Of a stretch of 64,000 nucleotides of DNA, positions 28,530 to 48,900 are shown one piece after another. The position numbers and the translations under genes are program-made. The stretch covers positions 1,160,343-1,224,342 of the forward strand of contig WELB01000011.1 in assembly GCA_009602725.1 (NCBI GenBank), in the 5' to 3' direction. The notes below the pieces were generated by a model, which did no database searches, had not been told where the DNA came from, and saw only the letters and a list, made by a program, of their open reading frames with translations. The DNA comes from Spirogloea muscicola (taxonomy: Eukaryota). The stretch's first letter is position 1. The number at the start of each line of letters is the position of its first letter.

Positions 28530-29337
28530 AAATAACGCGCCACTGTCTACTGAAATTTTGGTCAGCCGTATCCAAGTCAACGAGACCGTCCGAAGATCGG
28601 CCCTATCTGTTCTCTAATATTCTTCTGAGGCCGAAGCCCGCACCTTTTCTGTGTTCGTGATTTAGAAACAATGGGGTGAAACCCTAGCGCTGCCTGATTG
28701 GCTAGGTGCGCCGTCGGTTGGCTAGGCGGAAAGGGCCGTCCTTCAGGGTTGTCCTCGTCCATTCCTTTGGGCTCTCAAAGGAATGGATTTCCCAGCCACC
28801 AGTCAATCTGGCCGCGCTTTCTGCCCAGGGTTGTTCATGCGACCCAGTGGTCGACTTGAACGTAAATTGCTGATCTTTTGCCGTTCGTTCCACGATCGCC
28901 CCGCCACCGCTTCGGCAGCGCCCACCTTGACGGTCTTGTTGGTGGTTGAGGTACCTTCAGATGGGCTTCCCTCGTTGCGCTTTGAACGGTCTTTGGCAGG
29001 TTGGCGTCGTGCGTGGGCTTTGGCCCTTGTAGTCGCTCCGTTGTTGTTGTCGTCCGCAGTCGGTAAGCGATCGCCGAGAGAGAAAGAGAGAGAGAAAGAA
29101 TTGGTCCTGCATCCTCAGCTTGAATCGCACCCAAAGGCGTATGACCTAGCCTAGGAAGCCAGAGAGAGAGAAGGCGCGCGGTGCCAGATAGAGAGGAAGG
29201 AAGAGAGAGCAGTGGTCCTCCATCTTTAGCTTGAATCACACCCAGTAGTGTATGACTCAGCCTAGGAAGCCACGTGTCAAACCAAGTCAGTTGTCCTAAT
29301 CAGATCGACACGGATAAGCAGTCAACGGGGTTTGACA
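28530..29337 (-). mobile_element. Putative 5' LTR (28544-29337) with primer binding site (28530-28542)
   Basis: The minus strand starts TGTCAA and ends TAGACA. One nucleotide later comes TGGCGCGTTAT, complementary to a tRNA-type ..CGCGCCA end. Internal direct repeats of about 70 bp lie at about 29090-29161 and 29203-29272. No second LTR was seen. Confidence 0.5.
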
Positions 29338-30327
29338 CAACAGGCCCTTGTGAAGAGCTGCTTCTTTAGGAGCCGACTGAAGCAAAACTCACTCTGCATC
29401 CACGGTCGGTTATTCCATGTGTGGGCTGGGTTTTCACAGCCCTGTTGTTGGAAGAGCTGCTTCTTCTGCATAGGACCGTAGCAAAGACGGGAAGAGCTGC
29501 ACGCTAAGTTCAACAGGGCGACTCCAGGTCGAAGATAAGGAGCCTCAGGGAGCACTGCCTCGCCCTCCTCCTTCAGCTCGTACTTTGCAGGCTAACATCG
29601 CAACTGATGAGGCTCAGACATGACTCGCACGAACAGCAGTAGCCGCGACCCTGTGAGATGAGCGACCTTGCCAGAACCCTAATAGGCCAGTATGCCAGGC
29701 ATTATTAGTGCTGCTGTGCATCTGAGGAAAGCCAGGCCTCTGCAACCACACCCAGTGTGGCGCAACAGCTGTCTGGGCTGTTTCAAGGGGGTGCAATTGG
29801 CTGCTTGACACAGCAATGTACTTGACTGGTTTGGTCCTAATTTAAACTGACTACCATCTCTCCAAAGGATAACAAAACTATGCAACTATGTCAAAGATAT
29901 TTTGGTCAGGCGGGGTAGCTTGTGACTATAACTGTGACTACACTACCTTGCACCTCTAGTCAATTTGCCTCCGGATATTGTGTCCTGGACGCAGCAGTCC
30001 AGCTCTTTGAAGGGCCTATGGCGGATAAATTATCCAATGTTTTGTATTTGTATATTTTAAGGTAAATAATGGCAGAGCAGCAGAGCGGCAATTGCCAAGG
30101 TGCAATATCCCCAAATGTCCAGTGTTGCGCATGTCAAGGTATGCAGTGTCCTATGTAGATGCCAAAAAGCTCTGGTGACCTCTAGGAATCACAGCTGAGC
30201 ACACACTGAAGGCTCCATAGTGGAGCTGCTGTCTTGCTCAGAGGCAAGTTGACAGCCTACACCATCGTGACAAATAAAAATAATTTCTGTTTCATTTGCA
30301 GCGGAAGTGGTGTATTGGCTACCCAGT

Positions 30328-39671
<9,344 letters not shown>

Positions 39672-40404
39672 TGGACAGTCACCCTATCTGGCCGCGTTCT
39701 GGATGGTCCGCCAGCTACTCATGGCGAGCCCTGCGCCTGGGTCCGGCCTGCAGCAGGCCGTTCCGAGGAGCCGCAGAGGAGGGAGCATCGAGACAACATG
39801 CTCGCTACCGGCCGCCAGTGCTCGTGTCAATTGCCCTCCCGCATGAGCACCAGTCACAAGGACGGTCCCAGGAGGAGGTGAGAGGTGTGCCAACGGGGGC
39901 TCCGCCTGCTTGCAGCGCAGTACCGCAATGCCGCTCCACCGTAGCTCCAGACGAGGAGGAAGGCACTGAGGGCCTCAGCGGCACAGCTGGGGGCGCCGGG
40001 CAAGGCGATCGCGCCGAGAAGCGGAGCGCGGGGGCCTACCCGCGGCGCGTGCCGGGGTAAGGAGCGGCGCGGCGGGGGGGGGGGAGAACTGGCGGGAGCC
40101 ACTGACTGGTGACTGGGGGTCAGCGCCGCTGCGGCACGGGCATGGACCGCGCGCCATCAGCGGCGGTGCCTGAACACGGTGGGCGCCGAGGCCAGCGCAA
40201 CAGCGGACCCGTCGTGGACGTGCCGCGCCGCTCCGGCCCAATGACTCCCTCGTCTGGAACGAACGGAAGCGTAGCCCCGCCGCTGGACGTCGCCCCGCCG
40301 TGAGGCGCCGCCGGCTCGTCACAAGTGGCGCCTGGTGCCACCCGGCGACCCAGGACGACGTCAGCGCTCCCGGGCCACGAGGTGACGATCGGCAACGACT
40401 TCCA

Positions 40405-41000
40405 TCACAGCCACTGCCTTATATTGGAAGAGCTGTTCTTTCATCACACTGCCCTCGCCCAGAACAAAGCGCGGCCAGAGTGACTGGTGGCTAGGAAAAG
40501 CCAGCCCAAAGGAATGGGCTGGCAGCGCTCTTTGGCTCATGCGGTCCACGCGCGCGCTGGCCGTGCTATGGCTGTTGCTTCCGGGTCTCGACAGAGTGCC
40601 GCATTTCCTGCTTCGAGTTACTCTGATCTGCTGTTGCTCACACGTGGATACTCAGCATCCATCTGCATCTCCCTCAGCACCGTCTCGTGCTTTGTGGTGT
40701 AGTCCTCTTCCGGCAATTGTTTCCTTTGGCTTTGGACATTGTCCATTCTGTTTGGGTTGGCTTTGCCAGCCCCTCTTCTCTATGGGCGAGCTTTTCTTCA
40801 AAGAAATGGACAAGGTCTGAAGAAGCCCTCGCCCCCACTTGGAGAAAGTGGCACGCCCGTAGACAACAGCGCTGCCATAGAGAACTGGGGCTGGCAGAGG
40901 CCAGCCCTAGAAGATGAAGAAGAAGTGGCTCTCCTACTGGGGGCAAGGATCAAGCGCGGCCACATTAACTGGTGGCTGGGAGAGGCCAGCCCAAAGGAAT
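40405..41000. mobile_element. Cluster of short retrotransposon 3' ends, including a family B fragment (40523-40799, +) and C-type tails
   Basis: QRSLAHAVHARAGRA..SDLLLLTRGY plus UTR on +. Tail motifs at about 40405-40442 (+), 40465-40516 (-), 40865-40910 (-) and 40950-41000 (-). Confidence 0.82.
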
Positions 41001-41005
41001 GCACA

Positions 41006-43360
41006 AGAGAAGAGCTCGCCCATAGAGAAGAGGGGCTGGCAAAGCCAACCCAAAAAGAATGGACAATGTCCAAAGCCAAAGGGTTTAGGGTTTAAACCCT
41101 TAAAATGCCGGAAAAGGACTACACTACAAAGCACGAGACGGTGCGGAGGGAGATGCAGATGGATGCTCAGTATCCACGCGTGAGCAACAGCAGATCAGAG
41201 TAACTCGAAGCAGGAAAAGCGGCACTCTGTCGAGACCCGGAAGCAACAGTCATAGCACGGCCAGCGCGCGCGTGGACCGCATGAGCCAAAGAGCGCTGTA
41301 GCGAGACCGCCAGCCTCATCCGAAAGACCTGCGCGAGGGAGCCGGCAGCATTGAAGCCTGGCGGACCCGGCCGCCGCTCGATGGCCTCCTGGGCAAGCCG
41401 CTGGAGGAGATCCAACCAGCCACTGCCGAAGGCCCCGTGTACGTCAATGGCCAGTGCTGCGAAGGCATCGTCTGGAGGGTGGTCAGAGTACTTGCGCTCC
41501 TTACTCCGAGCCGCCAAAGCGACCGCGTGCCCGACGAGCGTCGCCGACTTCGCGGGGTTGGCCGAATCAATGCAATCTGCAGTCACCACATCAGCAATGA
41601 TACGCGGACCTCCTCCGGATGGGATGGCAACAAGGTCCGCGCGGCGGGTGTGAAGCTGTCCGTTAACGCCCCGCAGGATGGGCATGACCGTCGCGTTCTC
41701 CACTGCCACCTTGTAGCCGGCCTCCAGGAACACACCCTGCATGGCGTCTCCTACGAGGTCGTGTGAACCTGTCCGCTCGCCCCCCTGCGCGCAGCGGAGC
41801 ATGTGGGCTGCCAGCGCCGCAGGGTCATCGTGGCGGGCACCGCACTCGCACTGTTGGAACCCGACGAGGCAGGGAGGGAGGAGGCCAAGGAGCCGGTGGG
41901 CCGCCGTCCTGAATACTGCGTCTGAAATTGTTAGCGCCGCGGAGATGGGGAGTGCTGATAGCCACGCCGCCGCCCCGGGGGAGGAGGCGGAGAGGATCCG
42001 GGCGTGCCCTCGGATGTCGTGCGGTGGAAGGAGCTCCACCATCTGGTCATAGGCCGCTTTGTCCACAAGCGCAGTGTAGCGGGCGTGGGCCCGCAGGTTG
42101 GGGGTGTGCGCAAGGTGGACGAACGGAACGACCTGCTTCGACATGTCGGGGTGGGCTGCCAGGAGCGCGTCGCGGGCAGCGCGGAGAGCAGCCTGGAAGG
42201 GCAACGAGCCGCTCTCCACTGCCGCTCTCCACTTCAGCTACCACCTGCTCACAAGGTGCGGATGCCGTGAGCTTGGAACCGCCGGCTGATGGGTGCGGCG
42301 ACCTGGGCCCAGCTGCCCAGGTAGGCGGCCTCGCAGGCGCGGGCGACTGGGCGGCAGCCCAGACCGCCGCGACTAACAGGCAGGCTAGCCTGGAGCAACG
42401 CGGCTGGTGTTGTGAGGAAGCCGGGGTGTTGCAGGAGAGTGGCAGCGCTTGCCAGAATGCCAGAGTCAAATGCCGCGCACGCCGCCTTCACCGCTGGGGA
42501 GGGAGGGAGGACGCGGGCCAGGAAGCGCAGACGCTGGGCAATGCACCTGGTCAGCATGGCGGTCGCCAGCTGCATGTCTTGCAGTGTGTGGAGGCGGTCC
42601 GCCGGCCGGAGGTGCTCCAGCAGTCGTGCCTGTAGCTGCTCCACTACAAAGGCTGGGGAACCTATGGGGGCGCCGAGGAGGATGAAGCCCCCAGCTGGTG
42701 TCTGACAGCCCAAGGGCAAGCGCAGGTGCGCTGGCAGGCCCCTGGGAGACCAAGAAGAAAGTGCTCGCCCATTGAGAATAGGGGCTGGAACAACCAGCCC
42801 GAAAAAGAATGAACCGAGTACGAGAAGGGGGCCAGGGGAAGCGCTAAGTAACAGAAACAAAGCTGCTACGAGACACTCAGTAACCCCTGCTAAGCAGCCG
42901 CAGATCAGAGATGCTGGGAGACCAAGCGCTGCATTTGGCTGCGCGGATGCCCAAGCCGATCGCGCCCAGCTGCACTTTGAGGTGTCAAAGGCTGACACGA
43001 CGTCGTCTGGCGGCCCCACCAGCGTTGTGTCGTCAGCATACGTGGGGGCGTGGACGCCCGGGTGAGCCGCGACCGTGGCCAGCAGCGCACGGTTGTGAGC
43101 CAGCGCGTAGTAGAGCCCAGCCAGCGGATCTCCTTGGCGTGCGCCTGTGGAGGAATTGAGGACCTCCACCACCCCATGCCCTGTCCGCCACTGCAGGTCG
43201 CTTGGCTGCCCATATCCCAGCCTGAAGAAAAGAGAATGCGGCTGCTGATATTAAAGAATCGGCTGTAAACTGCCAGCCAGATGCATACATGTGTTCATGA
43301 AGAAGGGGAGGAGGCTGGGGAAGGCCGCCCTCAGCTCCTCTGCGATGACATCCCCGGTGT
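41006..43360 (-). mobile_element. CRE-like non-LTR retrotransposon family B, 5'-truncated and frameshifted (RT C-half, Zn knuckle, RLE)
   Basis: RT motifs FPSLLPFFRLGY, SSTGARQGDPL, YADD, LLGAPIGS and LPVSRGGLG are followed by CECG..HMLRC..GGERTGSHD, RRADLV..ADV..KERKY and SDLLLLTRGY*. It is interrupted by two nested inserts. Confidence 0.9.
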
Positions 43361-43369
43361 CACAAGGGC

Positions 43370-44345
43370 TGTGAAAAGAAGAAAGTGCTCGCCCATTGAG
43401 GATAGAAAGAAAGTGCTCGCCCGTTGAGGATAAGAAAAAAGCGCGGCCAGAATGACTGGTGGCTGGGAAAGGCCAGCCCAAAGGAATGGACAAGGTCTGA
43501 AGGGAAAATGCGTGTATATTAAGAGATGGGGAGGCCATGTGTGGCCAAGTACAAAGGCAAGCACATTGGACAAATGTACGTCACCTGCTGCTAAGCTGAC
43601 CCGCTCAGTAACCACGAGTCAGCACATAGAGGTCGCTAGCTGACGCTCGAATACCGGACGGCAATTGACTAGCTCTTGAGCCAGCAGCTAAGGCTCGACC
43701 AGCTTTCTGATGCAGAGCATGCGCCTGAGCTCGTTGCAGACAGGTTGACACTCGACGTCGCAGAAATGACAGATAGGCTGCCGGCATACCCATCTGGGCT
43801 GGGAGCATATCCTCGCGTCGTGCATATCCCAGACTCGCTATGTTCTCGAGTAGGGTATGGAAGCGAGGACCCAAGCAGCCGAAAGTGTCGATTGCGGCCG
43901 GGAGGAGGTGGTCACTGCGGGGGTAGTCTGAGTAGTGTCGGAGCTTTTTCTGCTCAGCACCTCCCACTGCGTGGCCAGCAATGTGTGTGGAAGCGGAACT
44001 CTTGTATGCCTCAGTCATCAAAAGGTCTGAAGGAGCCGGAGTGCGAAGTGCCCATTGAGAATAGGGGCTGGAAAAGCCAGCCCAAAAAGGAGAGAAGGCG
44101 CGCGGGGCGCATGAAATGAAATGGAGGCCAATCCAAGCCGACACATTGTTCAGGCAGAGTCTAGGGCAAACCAAACAGGGCTACATAATACGGAAACCGA
44201 AATCTGGTGCCTAAGGTGACATCAGCACCCACGGGTGAGCACAAACAAATCCGACAAGCTAACTTGGGGAGATGGAGCGCCGCGAAAACCGAGGCAAAAA
44301 AGAAAGAACAGAGTACGAGAAGGGGGCCAGGGGAAGCGCTAAGAA
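43370..44345 (-). mobile_element. Nested chain of CRE-like 3' fragments (A, C, D and E families)
   Basis: Family D (43504-44021; KKLRHY..PAAIDTFGCLG..SDLYVLTRGY*) sits inside a C 3'UTR with TSD AAGGTCTGAAGG. Family E (about 44092-44295) sits inside an A 3'UTR. Confidence 0.85.
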
Positions 44346-44354
44346 AAACAAGCA

Positions 44355-45145
44355 CACGGTGCGCACGGGGCGGTGAGCGGACAGGAACACACGACCTGCT
44401 GCGGAATGCAATGTTTGGCATCTTTGTCGAGGCCGGTTACACGGTGGCGCTCGAATATACCAGCATCATGCCTCCGACCGCTGGGGCGGATGGCTGCATA
44501 GCAGCGCCAAACGCTCGTCGGAGGAGGCGGGCTACGCAGGCTGCCCAGCGGCGGGCGCACAGGAACGGAATATGGCTTTTCCAGCCCCTATCCTCAATGG
44601 GCGAGCACTACCTTTGAAATACTCGGACCACCAGGTGGGAGACGAGTTTGTTCCACTGGCAGTCGACGTGCACGGAGCTTTTGGCTTAAAACGGCTTGAC
44701 TTGCTTCACTGCCTTGCGCAGCGTTCAGCAGCCTCGGGCAGCAGGGCGAGCAGCCCGGCTTCAATGTCGCCGGGTCCCTCGCTCAGGTCTTCCGAATGCG
44801 TTTGGCCATCTCGATGCAGCGGTCCCTTGCCTTCGCGGTTCACTTGCGCGCAGGCCGAGCTTTGGCGGCGGCCTCCGGCTTCCGTCATGGCGACGTCTTT
44901 CCGCCGGCTAGCTACTCAGACTTGCATCTCCTGACTAGAGGTTACTGAGCGTTCCCTGGCTGATGTCTTAGTCCTTCGCACTCCGGCTCCTTCAGACCTT
45001 GTCCTTTTTCTTCTATGGGCGAGCTCATCTTCTTTGGGCTGGCCTTTGCCAGCCACCAGTCAATCTGGCCGCGCTTTCTTAAGCAGCTACGAATCACTCA
45101 GTAACCCCTGCTAAGCAACCGCAGATCAGAGATGCTAGGCTCCTG
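44355..45145 (+). mobile_element. CRE-like family C fragment (Zn knuckle/RLE to 3' end), followed by an inverted A fragment
   Basis: RCARGGERTGTHDLL, KYSDH..FVPLAVDVHGAFG and GDVFPPASYSDLHLLTRGY* (TGA 44946-44948). The 3'UTR ends CTGGCCGCGCTTTCTT at about 45080. Confidence 0.85.
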
Positions 45146-45913
45146 GATGGGGGTTGTGAAAAGCCAGCCCGAGAGAAAGCCAGATTGACAAAAAGAATGG
45201 ACAAAAACTCAAAGAGCCAAAAAAGGTGCCGAAAAGAAAACTACCCAGCTAGACACAAGATGACGCAAAGTAGGAGCTCACTTCTTCCTTCAAAATAGAA
45301 GAATGGACGATTCCAGGGGAATACTAGAGAGAAAACTACAACCTCCCTGTGCCGAAGGGGCCGGTGCTTTCAGTGCCGTTGCTAATTAGAGCTTAGTTAA
45401 GTGCTTATCCCACGTGGTACTTGTATCAAATATGTAAAAATTGCAGCGATATGCAACCTCTCCGACCTTGTCAAACTCTTGTCCTCGCCCCTTGATACAC
45501 ACTCCATTCTATTTGAATGAGCTTACATTTGTTTCAGCTCGACCACTCTCAGCCTTCATTGCTGTCAGTCAGGTGGCTCTCAGTTGACTTTCAGTTGGCT
45601 TCCCCGTGCGCGCTGCCGCCGCCGCCGCCGCCGCCGCCGCCGGGTGCGGCCTCCTGCGGGCCCGCGTCAGCTGCCCGTTACGCTGGAGCGCTCGCCTGGA
45701 GCTTGGGACAGCTCGACGTGCTGCCGGGCGCAGCTCACAGGCTGCTGATTGCCCCCTCTGTGCCGGCCAGTCATAGTACTCCCGGAGGGAGCACTTGCGC
45801 GCCGACCTGGAGCTTCTGAGCCCGCGGATATTTAAGCTTTGCTCAATCAGAGTAGCTTCAGGGGCATCAAGGCTGGGTTCTGTCCTCTGAGGGATTTTCT
45901 TGATGCTTGTGTA

Positions 45914-48900
45914 ATGGTAGTGGGTTTTACCAATTCCGAATATGTTGGGGATGTCTCTGCCCTCTGTTTTGTGAGTTGGACACACACAAAGCAGGACAGC
46001 GTGACACGTGAGCTCACTTTGCTAGCAGGTGAGTGACTGATTTTTTCATATTATGCTTCAATCACAGTAGTCTATCCTTGTCCAGGTTAAGGCTGAAGAG
46101 TGCAGTTTGGGAGCTGGTGACCCCCTCCTCCTCGGCCACAGTAGCCCGTTATGGTTAGCTGGCGCACGCAACGAGCAGCAGTCATGATTTTGCCTTAAAA
46201 CCAGGACTCACTGCACCTGGGACAGCCTTCCTTCTATGATCCAACTTAGGGGTTTCAACGGGAGGGGTTTGAGGGTTCAGGGTTTGAAGGTCGTAGGTCT
46301 GGTCAGAGTTTCTGGTTTTGGGATGCTTGCAGACGTGGTTTGAGCAATACTGACATTATACATTCCCTGAGAGACTTTTCTTTATTTGCAGGAGTAGGAG
46401 GTCACCTCTTGTGGTACCATATTCAATCTGGCCGGCTACTGCATTCGTGCTCGATTTTCAGTGGCATTCGGATACATGGTATACATGGCCCTGTAAATGG
46501 TGATACCTTCCCTCATACTTGGGATCAGGCTGAGAGGGGGCTTAAGGAGAGCTCTGAGGAGAGGACAGGTGTTGCGCCAAGTCGGCAAGGCGAGGGCGAA
46601 GAAAGGAGAAAGCAATTGGTGGTCGTATTTGGAGAGAGGAAGCTGAAAGTGGTAGGAGTACGTCCAGCACATAGCTATGACCAAGAGGAGGAGCTGGAGG
46701 TAGTGAGTAGCTTACCAAGGCTGAGTCATTGGATCCTAGACGCCAGACTTCTGTATGTGAGTCCAGACTCCAACTCTTTTGAAATCACCACTCATCATGG
46801 TTCAGCCTGCCAAGTCCAGATCTGAAAGCCCAATTCTTGCTCGTGACATATTGTTGACTATCTGCAAATTCCTTGGCACGCCCATGCATTGTCCTAAGAC
46901 ATTAGCAGGTCAATGTCGCATCATGCCTTGCATATCAGACCATGTAATTTTCATTAGCTAGTAGCATACACAAGAAGGCCCGCAGCCATGTGACCTTGCA
47001 TCCATGGCTTCAATAGACCTTGCTGATGACTCAATAGACCTGGCTTGTCTCTAATCAATCAGGACGACTGGCCTGTACGCGAGGAAGGCTCAATGTGGCC
47101 ACCCTTCCTTGCAGTTGGTTTGACCAACAACACCGTTGAGATCTGGGAATGGTCCATACCATGCAGAGTCTTACAAGTGGCATGCTCTGGCAAGTGAGCA
47201 TACTATGGTTTGTCATCCAGGATAGTCGCACTGCAGTGGAAAAAGAGTTCTCCTTTTCATCTTTGGGCAGATGCAGAAGAGCCTGCAATGCCTAGATTAA
47301 TAAATCAAGGCATTGTTGCTCTTCCTTCTGCTATGTCATTCTAATCTTGCATAATGTGCCACTGGCTTGAAACACTGAAGCACTAGTCCTTGATGCCATT
47401 GCCATATGGGTTGAGATTGTAGACAATGTGTATGTCAGTACTGGCAAGCTTGTTACGTAGTTTCAACTTATGCAATACCTGCTGAGTCTAATTCTTGACT
47501 CAGCAGGGAGTCTGCAGAGTGTCTCTTTCTGTGGACTCACCAATGACGTGCCATGCCCGTATAACTGGGGTCAAAAACAAGGAAGACTAGAATCTCATTT
47601 ATTGTACTGCCTTTGCAGAGCCGTGTTTGCTGTATTCGCTAAGTTTGTGGGGTTCCTCTTTAGAGTTACTGAAAGTCGCTGGTGGGACCATATACAATAA
47701 GGTTGGCGCATCCACCTATGCATCATACAGACAGATTGTGCTTACCAAATAGCTGATATCTTAGTACAGCTGAAAACTGTACTACAGGCATCCTTAGTGA
47801 CATGAGGTATACATATGGTACAGTCAGTTGTTCTGTCATCATTGGCAGGCGCGGAGTGCACAGCATCAATTACTTAATGCTTACCAATCCCTAACCTATG
47901 TTGGCGGGCTTTTCCGCACATAGGAATGTTTTACCTCATTCCTAATTTACATTGTTGAGGTTCTGGTTGCGCAGGTCCAAATCTGGAAGGTCACAGGCTC
48001 ATATGGTGGAGGTTGTGTACCAGCAGCTCTTGCAGCCTCCCAACTTGACCAGCATATCATGGGAGAAGAACTTCCAACACAAGGAGGCGTACTTGATTGT
48101 ACAGCAAGTGATGCTACAACCAATACCTCACATCTGGAGGGGAGCTGTAACCTCCACCAAGGTGCCCTACCCAGAAGGACGTCTTCGTGCATGACGAGAA
48201 CAGCAGTGCCACTGCATCACCTAGAGGGTCACGAGGGCTCCATACACCGATTGAGTTGGTCCTCTGATGGGTGTCTGCTGGGTTCAGCCTCAGATGATCG
48301 CAGGTATTCAATGATGTCAATGTGGCTGTGTTCCTCTTACTTTGTGCACCTCTTCTTTTCCTAATGGTTTGGTCGCCTAATTTTATTCGAAGGAGTTCAG
48401 TCGTACCCTTGTTGTTGATGCCTTGGTCACAATAGTGGCACCTAATTGTCAACCTATGGCCTTCATCAGAAAGAGCAGGTACATCTGCACCTGACATTTG
48501 CAATGGGGATCACATGATTCACAGAGTTCATGCTCGCCCTGCATTTCAGCGCAAGAATCTGGCGCTTCAGTGGAAGCCAATCTGAGGCACCAAGTTGCGA
48601 GCAGGACACTCGGCGCGACTTTGGGATTGTGCAGTAAATGAGCAGGTCTGTTGCTTACCAGAACGTCAACTCAAAGTGCTGACTACAAAGCCCTCTTGCT
48701 GTTTTTCTTACTGCTGGCACTGACGTTTTCGCCTTCGCAAGGTGGTCGGGAAAATTGTACTCCCTGATGGACCACTTTTCGGTGCTGATCTTTGACTCAG
48801 ATCACTGTGACAGTCAGTGAGGACTGCACTTGTCGGGTCTGGACACCATCTGGCGACCTCCTGCGCATCATCCGCGGCCACCAGTGAGTTGTAGCACTTA

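Noticed and set aside
29332..29350. ACAGGCCC as the missing right TIR of the Harbinger element
   Set aside because: Only about 9 bp match, the following bases are TTG rather than TTA/TAA, and there is no subterminal similarity.
43370..44345. Head-to-tail chain formed by RT template jumping in a single event
   Set aside because: The TSDs and interrupted UTRs that resume after each insert indicate successive nested insertions instead.
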